A stretch of 64,000 nt of DNA from Patellaria atrata CBS 101060 (lineage: Eukaryota): positions 1-64,000 of the forward strand of contig MU006095.1 in assembly GCA_010093705.1 (NCBI GenBank), in the 5' to 3' direction. The translations under genes were made by a program, and so were the position numbers. A model generated the notes under the pieces. The model did no database searches, was not told the origin of the DNA, and worked only from the letters and a program-made list of their open reading frames with translations. Positions 23,190 to 37,459 of this stretch are shown here, piece after piece. Numbering within the stretch: the first letter of the stretch is position 1; every line of letters starts with the position of its first letter.

Positions 23190-24379
23190 GTATGTAGCCC
23201 ATTCCCGTTACAATGATAACAGGCTAATATAGTAATTCAGATGGATGGGTGGATGGGTGGATGGATAAGCTTGCTGGTGGTTGCTGGTTGTTTTGACGGT
23301 CTCGCCAAAAGAAATTCTTCAGGTCACGGGTAGTTTTCTTGTGGCTATGGAAAGTTATTGGGGTGCTTCCTTGGGGTTTAGTTAGCTTAAAATAGTCATG
23401 AATGAAATCCTAAAAGTCCGACTTGGATAACTTGTGCTCCTCAACCGCCAGGATGTCAAGGTTCTACGTAGTGAAGAGTAATGCACCTAACTAGAGAGAC
23501 TAAACACAGCAGGAAGTTATAGATCATATTCTACGGTGCTACTTCCTGTTGTTATGGTGGGGAAGATAGGATGTGTCTATCCGCTCATGCCATTGGAGAG
23601 TGGTGCAAGTTCTAATTGACTTATAGTCTTTGACGGGAAACGAGGTCGCTGATATAGGAAATTCGGGCGCGGATAAGAACAGGTTTACACTTTGATCATC
23701 ATCGGAAATTCCTAACTAGAAAAGCATGCCACCTTCGATCGAACACTTGATGTAGAGAACCTTTAGGATGTCCGAGGTAAAAGAACAGAAGTATGGGAGA
23801 GAAAGGGTCAAGTTTCCAGGTAATTCCATACCTAAATTATGTGTGTAGGATGTCTTAAAAGCCCTAATCAATTGAAATGCCAATAGTCCTCGACCATGCA
23901 ACTGGTTGTTTTTAATATTCTATCGAACGTCAACAGGATCGTGAAAAATCTATGGTCTGATAGCACCGTGGACCCATCTATGCACTCGAATGCAATGGAT
24001 GTATTTACTACTTTGCACACATATAGAATAACATGGTAAGATGGTGTGCTCAAACAGTGGTATTTTGCATAATCGATCCCATCCACTCAAGCAATTCCAA
24101 GGGAACGGAGCCTTGACGTTCAATTAAGATGTGCGCTATGCTGACATTGGATGGAACGGTCAGGGCGGTTAGCTCTTCCAAAAACTAAGCATTCACTCCT
24201 ACCTCACATATCTTCTCCATATCACATCAAACAGACAGGCTTCCGCATCCTAGAAATCAGTTTCATTTCATAGCTCTAGCGCGCATTCCGCATACCGCAG
24301 CTGCTCATAGGCGTGCTTAGGTTGTGTGGGAACGTCCGCAAATGGCGACTATTCTCCGATCATTCAACGTCGACCCACC

Positions 24380-27099
24380 ATGGTGACCCTCACCAGCTTC
24401 CTCACTATCTACATCTTCGGTGGCTTGACGTTCCTTCCGCTAGTTTGTGTTGCTCTCCTATACCATGCATATCTAACCTGCCGTATTCGAGACTCAGCCG
24501 CCTCTAATGCTAAGCACAAGAAGCCACTTCCAAGTGAGCTTGATAAGCTAAAATCCCTGACAGACTGGGATATTGGGCCCATCGGCCTCTATCAGGATGA
24601 TCTCCATTCGAGGCGTCATTCTGATGTCGCCGCTGGCTACTTCGCAGTGTGCAGGGAGTTTATCGCGGGCGGTGTGAATGGCAAACCGCCAGAGCGGACC
24701 TCGTTCACTGGGTCAGTTGCCCCGACGGCTAGCTCCAGCATCTATCAGAGCATGTATAGGAGTTTCTTTGATAGGAACAAGACCCAGGTTTCCGTTATTG
24801 ATACTGGAGCAGTCAGATCATCGAGAAAAGCCTCCAATCTATTTTACATTGTTTTAAGGTACTTCTCGGTGTGGTCTTGTCGTAGTTACTAAAGGTATAC
24901 TAACGCAAGAATAGGCATGGTCATTTGATGCTATATGATGATTCGGAGCAAGTAGAGGTGCGACACGTTATATCGTTAGCTCTATATGAGGTTGATGTAT
25001 ATGCTGGTGGTGAACCAATCCCTGAAGGCGAACTTTGGATCAAGCGCAATTGTATTCGCCTAACACGGAATGCTACATCGGATGGTATGGCTACGGATTT
25101 GAGATCCTTATTCTTTTTTTCAGACAATAGCTCTGAGAAAGAGGATTTTTACCACGCTCTTCTGAGCAGCAAAGAACACAAACCCGGCGATATCGGCGAT
25201 TCTCCATTACCACTCCAGTTTGAGCACAGAGACATCGTACAATTGATACAGCAACTACATATATCTGGCGAAAGCTTTCAAGCTCGCTGGTTGAATGGGC
25301 TGATTGGGAGAATCTTTCTCGCCGTTTACAAGACTTCTCAGGTTGAGAATTACATTCGAATGAAGATCACGAAGAAGATCGCTCGAGTACCAAAGCCGGC
25401 GTTTCTTAGCGATGTTAGTATTCAGAAGATAGATATGGGACATTCACCACCATACATTACCAACCCGAAACTGAAAGAGCTAGCCGTGGACGGAGAATTG
25501 ATACTGGAAGCAGATGTCAAGTATACCGGCGAGTTCTCATTAGAAATTGCTGCTGTTGCACGCATCGAATTAGGATCCCGGTTCAAACCTCGCGAGGTGA
25601 GCTTGGTTTTAGCGCTCATTTTACGAAAACTTGAAGGTCATGTTCTTCTTAGAATTAAACCTCCTCCGAGTAATCGACTCTGGGTCTCTTTCGAAACAAG
25701 CCCAAAAATGGAATTGGCCATTGAACCCATCGTAAGCTCTCGTCAACTAACGTATGGATTTATTCTTCGCGCAATTGAAAGTCGGATTAGAGAGGTCATT
25801 CAGGAGACTCTCGTGCTTCCTAATTGGGATGACGTACCTTTCCTTGATACCTCACTTCAGGATCATCGAGGAGGTATATGGAAAGGGGAAGATGGTGTCC
25901 ACACTGTCTCTGGAAAATCAGAAGCTTCCGTAGAAGACAATGCTAACAAAACTAAGCATCAATCCGCTTGGGATAAAGAAACCCCGTCTTTAGAGGAGAA
26001 TCAGGTCATAGCTACTGGTGTGGATTCTACACAAACTCTCGTTAAGCAGCGCAAATCTCGGTATTCTGGGTTATTTGACGACAGTGAGAAAGTCCTAGGT
26101 GGAACGACTCAGATTGAAGACAAGGTTCAGAGTCGCAAACCAAAAGTTATGAGATCGAATTCATTCACTAGAGGTGCTCAACCTATAGTGAACACAGATC
26201 TGGCTATCTCTCAGAGCACCCAAACTGGAAACCAGGGGCTGAATGCAGCAGCCTCGATGAAGGATATCTCCAGTCGATCTCATCCCGCATCGCCAATTCG
26301 CCCTAGTACACACCCAGATGAGATAAGAGTGATGGATGGGCCTAAGACTAAGAGTGTGTCTTCTAGCTCTTCTACCCTATCGATTGCTGAGAGTCATCCG
26401 GATGATAGACGAGTGGAATCACGTGGCTTCTCTGGTGATGCAAGGTCTCAGTTGGTTGATAATCGAGTCCCAGGTGAGATCTTCGCTACACAAGCAGCCG
26501 ACATGTCCCAGAGCATTATTAACCCCTCATCGGTGGGGTTAACTGCACCGAGTGAGAAGCGCATCGCATTGAACCAATCTATAAACTCAGCTACCACTAT
26601 GGCGAAAAAGTGGTGGGGTACCCGGCATAATCCAGTCCCTATAGCCCGCGCGGCTTCAATCAAACTAAACAAATCTCATAGCCTAGAAGGGAAGTCGGAG
26701 ATACCGGTCAATACTATTGACGATTCATCACCATTATTAGGATCCCCTTTGCGACCAATTGGACGTGGTCAGCCATTACCGCCAATTGGAACTCCCTTAC
26801 CACTACCAAAGTCAGAGAGGACAACATGGACGCCTACTTCTTTTATGAATCCTATGAAACGCAAACCTTTGCCGGTTCAGAACCAATGCTATCCATCACT
26901 TCAAGGGGTAGGTGTTGATCAACAAGGCTCGGATCATACGGTCAATTTACACAATCCGTCCACCGTATTTCTTTCTGCTGGGCAAGATTGTGCCGTTGAC
27001 CCGCAAGATGATGCAAAGCTTCTCATAATCGCGGCGCCGACAGATTCTTTGCCCTCGAGTCCGGTAAAGGAACACCAATACCAAAGCGTCTCTGAATGA
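24380..27099 (+). CDS. PH-like plus SMP (DUF2404) domain membrane contact-site protein, Nvj2-like
   Basis: N-terminal TM (IYIFGGLTFLPL), AAGYFAVCREF, FYIVLR/HGHLMLYDD, RWLNGLIGRIF, KPPPSNRLW, TLVLPNWDD; one intron at ~24859-24914. Confidence 0.88.
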
Positions 27100-27590
27100 G
27101 AAGATGAGAGTTCAGAATGATTGATTGAACCTCCTTATCATCACCTCACTAGCCCTCAGCAACAGGAAGAAGAGTTTTACGATGCAAACACTCTCGAATT
27201 GCTGTCAGATTGAACAAGCGCATAACTTCTATTATAGAGTCAAGGGGATATTTCAGCGCAATTCTTGTAACTGCGTCTTAAGAGCACAATGGTGTACTAT
27301 CGAGTCCAACCCTTCATCATCAATAACACGTGAGGCCTCCAGTCAAGGAGCAAGTTTTGTTCTTAGCTTTCGTAGTTGGCTAGAAGGGCGGAGCGAAACG
27401 GAAATTGAAAATCTCTAAGGTACAGTGCGTGCATTCTAGTATAGGACAAGCGAATCAAGGGGCATAACTTGAGTTCTTCATACCACATAAATCACGGCCA
27501 CAGCCATAACTTCTTATCATCTACTACTTGACGAATTGTATTAGAAAGCACCAGTTTATCTCCTCATATAGGGAAAGGAGGGAGTATTCA

Positions 27591-29100
27591 CTACTTGCTC
27601 GGATCTCCATCTCCAGTCTTATGTTTCTTAGTTCCCCTGATCACTGCAACATCCTCAGCTGTGAAATCCACTTTGACCGCTTGCATCATTGGCAAGTGCA
27701 AGTTTGGTGAAAGGCGTCGTCGGCGACGCATTGGTAGCATCTCTAGCGCGAAGTCAGTTCTGTATCGTTATAGAAACTCTGATAGTATGGCGAATGAACG
27801 TACCGGCAAACGCTCCTAGCTGACTAAAAGATATTTCTATATTGTATGGAGACAAATCCTCGTCGTCTTCATCGCTGTTATCACCGCCAGTGTACGGACG
27901 GCGCAGCCCATCAACCTACTCTACATCAATACATGTTATGTTAGATCTGATTGCTATGTATTCGACTTACAGGAGCATAGAAGGTTTGTTCTACCCGTTC
28001 CTCACCGTCATTGAGCTTGTGTTTGTTCGGCTTTTCCCACTTCTCTGGGGTCTTGGACGTATATCAACATTATTCACGTGCTCTACAGGGTTGACATATT
28101 TCTACTTACGAGATTCATATCCCTCATAAGTTCTCTATGTTCATCCCGCCACTGCGCTAAAATGGCACTACCTCCAGGCGGAATAAGCTGAACGGATTGT
28201 GGAATGTGAGCTGGAAGCTCCGTAACGCGAGTCTCATCTCCAGGGCCAAAGAAGGGATTCCAATCATGTACAATCCCAGCAGCAGGTAGACCAGGAACTC
28301 CGTTTGCTAGGAAGGGGCTCCATGGTTGTTCATGTCCATCAAAAGGGGTTGAGTAGGGTGGTCCACGGTCCACAATCTTCTCACGGACATGCGGTGCATA
28401 TTCCATTTTCAGATCCTCCTGAAAGTCGGTCATCAGTTTGAGCGCATCTTCTGTCCCTTGTTGAATTCGATTGATTCTTGTGAAGAAATCGTCGTATAGG
28501 GCTCTGTCCTCGAAAAGCTCTTCGTGTTCATAAAGCCTGTCGATCTCCTCATGGATCTCAGCTTGGATGTCAACAATATCCTTTTCTTCACCTTCATCTT
28601 CACTCTCGTCCTCATCTTCTTCGTCTTCGAAGAGTCTACAGTTAAGACGGTCATCCAGCTCATTAGGTTCCTTATATCCGCCGCTATCTTTGTTTTCGTT
28701 CTCATTCAAGAGTTCTTTCTCAATCCCCTCTTTGAGTTCCTTCAGATCGTCATCTAGTTCGGTACTGGTTACGTATGATTGAGTTACCTTGCCTTCATCT
28801 TCATCTGCATCACCACCAGCTACCTCCCACGAAAGCATCATTGTATCTTGAATGAGGGTCATGATTCTGAGAATGTTCTTCAAAAATGCGGTGTTGCACT
28901 TGCGAGGACCGGTTGGAGACTCATCTGAAAGGTCAATTAAAAACAAAAAGCAGTAATTGTAGGACAAGGACCGTACCTTTCATCGCGCCACGATCAATTG
29001 CTTCTTTCCGTCCAGGCTCTGATGTTGGTTGCGGCGTATCTGACGCGTTACCAGTGAATGCGCCCTCTATATTGGCGGATTCCATATTGGCGGACTCCAT
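27591..29100 (-). CDS. Acidic hypothetical protein, multi-exon
   Basis: Long D/E-rich exon (28083-28967 ORF); GT-AG introns plausibly link it to a 5' exon (MESANMESAN...) and to 3' exons ending ...GDGDPSK*; no family recognised. Confidence 0.6.
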
Positions 29101-29576
29101 GTTAGATTGTAGCAGGTCGGACTGCAACGTGATGCAAGAGACGGGTGATAGAAAAGAAAGTTTGGTTTGGACGAGGGAAACAGAGCGAATTTAAAGATGT
29201 GGGGCGCGTTGAATCACAATTAAAAAAGAGCACGTGGTATTGTGCCTATCTTGCAAACGCGGTGAATCGTTCAAATCGAAGAGTGCATTAAAGTAATGTA
29301 TAGGACAGTTCCCTGATGAAGTAGAAACCGGATTGCTGCTTAATGAGCAGGGAAAATGAGTAAAAAGAAACCCAAAATGTATGTACAAAAGATCACCTCC
29401 AGTTTAGCTTCAAAAGGTCAAGAGAGCGTTTTCCGCCCATTCTGAATAAGATAAACTGGACCTGCGCTCAACGCCCCAAACTCAGGAGAATCTAAGTCCA
29501 TCCACACAAGCAAGGGTTCCAACAATTCTTCGCATGAAAGATGTGTTCTTGGAGGCGTATCTTCGAGCCGACGTGG

Positions 29577-30704
29577 TTACATGACAGTGCAGCTATGACC
29601 GCTCTCTTTCTTACCGCCTTTGACCGAAAGAGCAACGCGAGCAGCCTCAGTGAACGCTTCGTTCACACCTCGGTTTTTCATGGCTGAACACTCTATAGAG
29701 CGTCAGCGATGTGCCCCGAAGAGATATATCATCAAGCGGGGAGTAGAGTTTAGGATCAGGAATATAAAATATGACCTTACCAAGATAACGGAGCGCCTTG
29801 ATCTTTTCCGCGACCCTTAGGCCATCATCGTAGTTTATCATTGGCTTCTCTCCTTGCCCAGCATCCTCGTCCTCGTCGCCTTTCTCTCGAAGGTCACATT
29901 TTAAGGCTACGAGGACAAGCTTGACGCCAGGGCAGTTTTCGGCGATCTCTCCAACCCATTTGGTTTCAACATTCTCGAGAGAGATTGGAGAATCAACCTT
30001 ACAGTAGAATATTTTGTTAGCCGACCTCATTGTGCATAGGGGTCACAGTAGAGAAGTCTGTCCCCTCACCGAGAAGCATAGCATAATCGCGTGTGTATCA
30101 TCGTAGGATAATGATCTTAACCGGTCAAATTCTTCTTGACCTGCTGTGTCCCATAGACTCAATTCCACGTGTACGTTATCGATGAAGATGTCTGTATTTT
30201 GCTGTCAATGGACGATCATGTGATGCGCCCGAAGTAGCAGAGGGTGGAGGATTTATTACCATGAACGTAATTTTCTGCACAAAGATTAGCCGTAATTCAA
30301 TATATATCCCTCTGAGTAAGGAAGACTTACCAAAGACTGTAGGCTCACTGTAGTAGAGAAGGTGAAGATTAGTGGTCTGGTCCGCGCGGGGGTGTCCATA
30401 AAAACTTACTAGACAGTCGGAAAGTAACTATTTTGCGAGACAAACGTTAGTAAAAAGCGTAAACGCTAAAGGATTGTCGGATTGCGTACCCTCTAGTGAA
30501 CACGTTCAGCAATGACGTTTTACCGCAAGCTCCATCACCCCTATGCACGCGAATCATGAGTTAGCCAACAGAGGATCCAGAAAGCGACCCGAGCACTCAT
30601 GCGCCGGGTTAAGGGGTATATCGAAAGGGTCGATAAGATCAATAGACGTACAGCAGCACGAGCTTCCGCTGCACAGTCTTCGTTCCACCACAGAGAGAAG
30701 GCAT
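29577..30704 (-). CDS. RHO3: Rho3-type small GTPase with micro-exons
   Basis: [85 protein letters not shown] end CTVM. Confidence 0.93.
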
Positions 30705-31522
30705 GGCGGCAGTCGGGATAGTCGAGTTATAGTCGGGTTTGCGCTCAAGAACCTGGAGATAGAACGTAGAGCCTGATTAAGGAGGGGGATAGTAAGGAAG
30801 TGAATGCATAGAGACAGGAAAAAGGTATTAGATAAGAAAGTAAGGAAGAGTACTGCAGAGAGAAAGAGAGAGGGTAGAGTAGGGGAATATTTGGTTAATG
30901 ATGGGGTGGAGGCGTGAGGTAAGGTAGTAGAAGTGATAGTTCGCCGGTTGATGGATGGATTTCAAGCAAAATGGGCACGAATGGGGGCTCCGGGGGGTCG
31001 ATTCGCGATCTAGGCAGGAAACGAATCGACTTTTCCAAAGAAGTGACACTAGCGACAGATCTCCGCCGGGTTGTTAGATGTTCAGTTGCCTTTACATTCT
31101 ATTAATGAATCGTGTCAATTAACTTTTTCGGTATTCGTGTCTTCGAGCAGTTGGTACGAGGACCTTACCGCGCAGTATATTACTTTCCAAGGTCTTGTTA
31201 GTATACCTAGGACATCTCAAACATCAACAACTGTAGATAGCACCGAAATACAGCTGCATACTGTGCTGAAAGAGCAACTGAACGAATTATCTCTTTTAAT
31301 ACCCCTTGTGATAAGCGCCCGCAAGCGCCCGCCAGCGAAAGAGGCATGTGCTTATTAGCGATTAAAGGGGTGCCGCGGATGGTGAGGGAAGGTTTGCACC
31401 CACGTGGCACCTCCACTTTCTCGACCATTTTCACATTCTCACTCTTGGGAAACCGTAAGGTTTAAAACATCATGTTTCGCAAACCGTGATATTGCAGTGA
31501 AAGTAAGGTATAATACAGCACA

Positions 31523-32850
31523 TTATGTCTCAACCGCGTCACGACCATATCTGGAGGACCCAAGCCGCTCGCCCATATTCGCACCAACTCCTATCTGCCG
31601 ATGTATCTTCGAGATGAACTGACCCTTCTCCGTCCGTCGACTATCCTCATCTGCCTTAATTTTAGCCTCTCTCTCTTCTGCATCTGCTAAACTCTTGTTT
31701 CGGATTTCTTCTAATTCTTGCGCATTCGATTGCATTGCCGTTAGCTTTCTTGCCCTCTCTTCAGCGTCATCCTGGCCAGAAAGAACCTCATTCGATCGTC
31801 TCTCTAGTTTGGTTTCGCGCTTAGAAGAGTGACTACGGCGACGATACTGGTTTGGACGTCTTTCCTTATCGTCTTCACGCTTAGGGGAACGACTACGGTG
31901 TCGATATCCGTTCGAACGTCTGTCAAATTCCTCTGCACGCTTTGGCGAGCGGCTACGGCGATGATATCTATCTCGTGACCTATTACGTCTGCTATTCCGC
32001 TCTGGCAATTTTCGAGAATATCTGCGATCATCTTCGCTGCTTCTACTGCGCTCATAGCTATCACGGGAACGGCTTCGTCTTCTATTACGACGGGTATCGA
32101 AGTGTTCGCTACGCCGACTCTTGAGGGAGTGTTTCTCATGATTATGACTTCTCTTCTCATAATACCGCTCTTCATAGTCACTATAATGCCGACGTTTGCT
32201 ACGGTGACGATCCTCCCCGTCCCGATGGTGGTACCGATGATGCCGCCGATCTTTTTCTCTTTCTCTATCCCTGTCTCTTTCCTCATCTCCACTGGTCTGT
32301 TTTGTGAGCTTCCGTCTCTGAGTCGGGTCATTCATAATAGCCTCGAGTGCAGCTTGCTCTTGCCTTTTGATTGCTAGCATAGGGTCTTCCCGAACCTTGG
32401 CTGCGGTATCCCGCGAGGTGTTCGCGTTATGCGATGCCATGAACGAATCCTGAATCGCACTCTTTTCAAGTTTCGTATTCTCCTCGTTTTTGAGTAGAGT
32501 ATCGATACGTCGTTTTCCCAAGAGAAAGCCTTCCATCTCATCCGTTGTGCCGACTTGACCACTTGATGGCCCTGCATACATCCAGTCCACCCGGTTCATT
32601 CTCTTCTTACCACCAGCTGCTTCTTGGAGATTTTGAAGTTCCTGAATGGCACGTTCTTCTTCCCGCTCTTTCCGGATGAGTTCAATCTTTTTGCGCTCCT
32701 CCAAAGCCTTCTTTTCTTCGTCGTACACCCTGCGCTGATTTGACATCAACACACTAGAATATGGTTAGTATTGATAATATGGTATACGGAGAGTTTCTGA
32801 AAGCTAACGCACGGGTGCCATGATTTCTTCAAATTCAAGTCTCCTCCCAT
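31523..32850 (-). CDS. CWC25: Pre-mRNA splicing factor Cwc25
   Basis: [46 protein letters not shown]-rich C-terminus. Confidence 0.93.
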
Positions 32851-33334
32851 AGTGACTGCTTTTTAGATAGTTACTTGGTCTCGAAAACAGGGGATGATAA
32901 TCTTGCCGAAATGATAGACGTTGCAAAGTCACTTCAGGGAAATCCGTATTCAACGATAATATCGAGTTACTCAAAGACTACACGCGTAACCCAACCATCA
33001 CTAAAGGTCGTATAATGGGATGTTCGAGAGTATTCTGTGGAAGTGATATGTTTGTTGCGGCGAAGGGACTTTTGTAGGCGGGAATCCGAACCTGAGCCAC
33101 CCGCGCTTGGCGCTTAGTTTTAGCTCTTATCGATAAGAGTGAATTGCTTCACGCTTGGATTATTGGAGCCTTGTTGTCGGCATCGACATTTCTCCGTCAG
33201 AGCACTTCTTTCGCCCTAATTAAGTCTTACCCTGATATATCTTTCTCGTCTCTTACCCTTTCTTTCCGGCCATAAGTTTGAATTGAACATCGAACACACC
33301 TCGTTACCCTTGAAGCTGCCAGAAATAGCTCAAT

Positions 33335-35135
33335 ATGTCTGACGACGATGACTTCATGCAAGAATCCGATCAGGAGGAGTAAGTACCGTATATCACGGCA
33401 CAACTTCGAAAAATCACACCAACATCCTATAGGTACGATTTCGAGTACGAAGACGATGATGAAGAACAATCTGGCGACGTGGACATTGAAAATAAATACT
33501 ACAATGCAAAACAGATGAAAGCAGACAGCCCTGAAGATGCTGTCGAAGAGTTTCTAGGGGTTCCCACATTGGAGACAGAGAAAGGGGACTGGTATATCCA
33601 ATCTCTATACCCTGATATCACCCAGCGTATCTGACTGGACCACTTAGGGGCTTTAAAGGACTAAAGCAGGCAATTAAGCTTGAGTTCAGGTTAAAACGGT
33701 ACGAGCAGGTAAGTATTGCAAAACACTACCATATCTTACGCAAAGCTGATTCAAAATCTAGGCCGTAGAACACTACAAGGAGCTCCTCACCTATGTCAAA
33801 TCTGCCGTCACACGCAATTATTCAGAAAAGAGCATTAATAACATGCTGGATTTCATAGAAAAAGCTGCGGAGGATGAAGATGCGAATCGCTGCATGGAGC
33901 AATTCTATTCACTCACGCTCGAATCATTTCAGAGTACAAATAATGAACGCTTATGGCTCAAGACGAACATCAAACTAGCTCGTCTGTGGCTGGACCGTAA
34001 GGAGTACCAACAACTTACTGACAAAGTTCGTGAGCTACACAAGGCTTGTCAAAAGGAAGATGGGGAGGACGATCCCAGTAAGGGTACATATGCCCTTGAG
34101 GTATATGCTCTCGAGATCTTGATGTATGCTGAAACCCGCAACAACAAACGGCTAAAGGTAACCATGGAGATATGAAGGTGCACAGTTTGACTGGTGTGCT
34201 GATATCTGTGCATAGGCTTTGTATCAACGAGCGTTGAGGGTTCGCTCTGCCGTACCACATCCCAAAATCATGGGTATCATCCGCGAGTGCGGAGGTAAGA
34301 TGCACATGAGTGAAGGTACATAACTAGCATGTCAAAACGTCATGGATAGTAGGCGCTAACGGAGACAGAAAACTGGAAAGAGGCTCAGAGTGACTTTTTT
34401 GAAAGCTTCCGCAACTATGATGAAGCCGGATCTTTACAACGTATCCAGGTTCTCAAGTATCTGGTGCTGACGACGATGCTTATGGGTTCCGATATCAACC
34501 CTTTCGATTCACAGGAGACCAAACCGTATAAGAACGATCCCAGGATCGCAGCAATCAAAGACCTTGTGGACGCCTATCAACAGGATGATATTCACGCTTA
34601 CGAGAAAATACTTGCAAGTAACAAAGACCTCTTGGCCGATCCGTTCATTGCGGAGAATATCGACGAGGTCACAAGGAACATGCGGACAAAGGCGGTTGTC
34701 AAACTGGTTGCGCCTTACACTCGGTTCACGTTGCTCTTCATTTCGAAACAGCTGAAGATTTCCCTGTCGGAGGTACAAGACATTGTAGGATTTCTTATCG
34801 TGGATAAGAAGTTACGCGGCAAGATAGACCAACAGAACGGTACTGTGGAGGTGGAGAGTGACACGGACATGGATCGGGTGCATGCGATGCAAGAATGGAG
34901 CAGCGCGGTGGGGTCGCTCTGGGCGACGGTACTTGACGATGGTGACGGGTTTAGATCGGAAGAGATCAGTCAGTTCCAAACACGAGGAGGAGTTCATATG
35001 GACCCCGAAAGCTTCGGCGGCTCGGCATCAAGGAGTGCGAACGGAGGGATTGGCGGGAAGTTGAGGGAGATGAGAAGTGGAGGGAAAGGTAAGGGGACGT
35101 CGGGTAGGTTGCCGGGCGGTCCTGCATACAAGTAG
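33335..35135 (+). CDS. CSN2: COP9 signalosome subunit 2 (PCI domain), multi-exon
   Basis: [76 protein letters not shown]. Confidence 0.95.
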
Positions 35136-35321
35136 AACTGAGGTGTTCTTGTCTTACGATATCGACTACCTTGGCCTTCAAGAAATTCCACAAAATAACC
35201 AGCATGAGCCAATTGTTTTTGAAAGCATTTACTTTTCGGGGGGACGGATTTACTCTGAAGACATTTTGTCAGTGGGTGTGAGTATACTCCACGGGGCGTT
35301 CCGTCATGTACATGTACTAGT

Positions 35322-35347
35322 AGGAGGAGGAGGAGGAGGAGGAGGAG
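35322..35347. repeat. (GGA)n microsatellite
   Basis: Directly visible. Confidence 0.85.
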
Positions 35348-36070
35348 CTCATGTAGCATTTGAAAGGGGGTGCGCATCGAACAGGGAGCTTCATCCGGAG
35401 GAGCTCGGTCAGAGAGCCAGAGAAATGATGATGATGGTACAAAATAGTCACAAACGACAATTTGTTAGTAACACGAATCAATCTTACGACCGATGTCACT
35501 GTGGGGCAGATGAGATGTCTCTTCCCGTATCGTTTGAGCGTACAGTGTACATTCATTTTTTGTATGTGCTCTCCACTCTCTCCACTTGTCCTGTGTGTGT
35601 GAGCAGTTTGGAGTCTGGATGAATCAAACAAAGCTGCTGTGCCGGAAACCGACATTAAGGATGCAAGAATCCATCAGTCCAGGATTATTGCAGCAACAAG
35701 GTGCATTTGGCGGGCAGCCACGGAATGTGCTTGAGCGGCGTTTGGGAGGGATACGGTATACATGTACCTACTGTACTGTAGAACTATGTGCCCTTCAGTT
35801 TTCCCCTCCTCAATACTATCAAACACCAATAAGGTACCTTAACCTTTCAAACAAACGAATGGAAGAAGTGAAGGAACGGTAAGGAAATGCTCTGCTCCGC
35901 AAGAAACCCGCATTCGCCAAGGTACAGTACTTATCTTTTGCATCTTTGTGCCTTTGTACTTACTTTTCAGCTTGTACTCCCATCCGATTACTTCGGCGTT
36001 CACAGAGAGTAAGGTAGGTACTCCGTACTTACTTAGTACAGTACTGATTTCTAACAGGGAAGGAGCGCCA

Positions 36071-36138
36071 GTAAGGTACGGTAGGTACGGTAGGTACGGT
36101 AGGTACGGTAAGTACGGTAGGTACGGTAGGTAAGGTAG
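36071..36138. repeat. (GGTAGGTAC)n 9-bp tandem repeat, ~6-7 copies
   Basis: Directly visible; dispersed GGTAC/GTAC copies occur at 35750-36240. Confidence 0.85.
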
Positions 36139-37459
36139 CTACGTAGAGGCGCGGGGTTCATAATTCATAGGTACCTACGGCAGGTACGGTAGGGCGAATT
36201 GGCATATGGATACCTCATTGTATACCGCAAGGTACCGTAAGATACTCTGTAACATATACTCTTATGGTGTTTTCTTTCACCTCCTACCTTGAGAGTTTGA
36301 TCTATTAAGTATTTCATCATAATAAATTCCAACCCATAGATTCCCATCGCGGCAAACGGGATGGGCTTTGATGGGTTGGAATTGAACTGGGATTCTGATG
36401 CCCTTTCAACTAATCAATAACAACACCCAACCCAGCGGCATTGCTTGGCCTTTAAGCCCTGTCTTCCCTTTAAAAGCTGGAGAATTTTTTGATAATAATA
36501 ATGCGAGCTATCATATTTTCCTCCAACGTACGGTAGTAGTAGTAGAAACAACAGGCGAGAAAAGAGCGAGAAGCGCGGGCAAAGCAACCATGGAATCAAA
36601 TAAAATGCGTTTTGATGCGCCAGCTGTCACCATGCTTTTCCCACCACCTAGATCATCCATAACTGTATTATTAGACACTAAAGCAAGTACTGTCAGCAGT
36701 CCGCAACCGTGAATCTTTTTTCAACTCTTGTCTTTTTTTCTCTCCCTCGAATCCTGCTGTTCCCACCCGTCTTGCTTCCGTTACCATCCCTGCTGTAGTC
36801 GTTTGCGCCGCTCTTTGTCTCGTTACGCGCGCTACCAGTCTGATCCAGTCTGAAAGTCTACGAGTCTGCGAGCAATCGTACTTTTGTACTCTTGTGCGGC
36901 ATTGCTTCCCTCCGTTTCACCTGGAGACCCTCCATCTCCTCCAATTGCTCGATATGCATGAGGCGTCCTTAGCGGCTGCGGTCGTGATCGATTGACGCTC
37001 TCTCCCTTTTTCCCAGCACTCGGCTCTCAGGTGGAACGGTAGGCTCGCCGTTTCGATCCGCCTACGTGAGAGTGTCGCAAAACGCCTCTGGTACCTGGCA
37101 GCGGGAACTCAATAAGCTTTGAGACTCGATAGATCAAGTCCGTCCTTGCCCTTGATATATCGAGCGCCTCGAGGAAACACTGTGCAACTGAGTCCAACCC
37201 AGGGACACGGCGAGCTGCCGATACTAAAACCGACCGCACTGCTCTTTGCTCTTTTGCTCTTCAATTGCGAAGCTCGTGGTGAACCTGGACACCAGAACTA
37301 TATCTGCCTGCCCTTGCTGTATACTTCTTGCCTGACTTTGCTTCATTGTTCTTTTACATTCGAACGACCGCTCTCCATCTGCTGACTCTCGGGACTTTTG
37401 TGAACAACCCCACCATACGTACCAACCTACCTTTTATATCTCTTTAAGTATTCACCCCA

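Noticed and set aside
23250..24300. A MAT1-1-4-like accessory gene downstream of MAT1-1-1
   Set aside because: Only short ORFs with no recognisable motif or consistent splice model.
35077..35882. ORFs of 98-181 aa after CSN2
   Set aside because: 3' UTR or intergenic low-complexity frames driven by the (GGA)n run.
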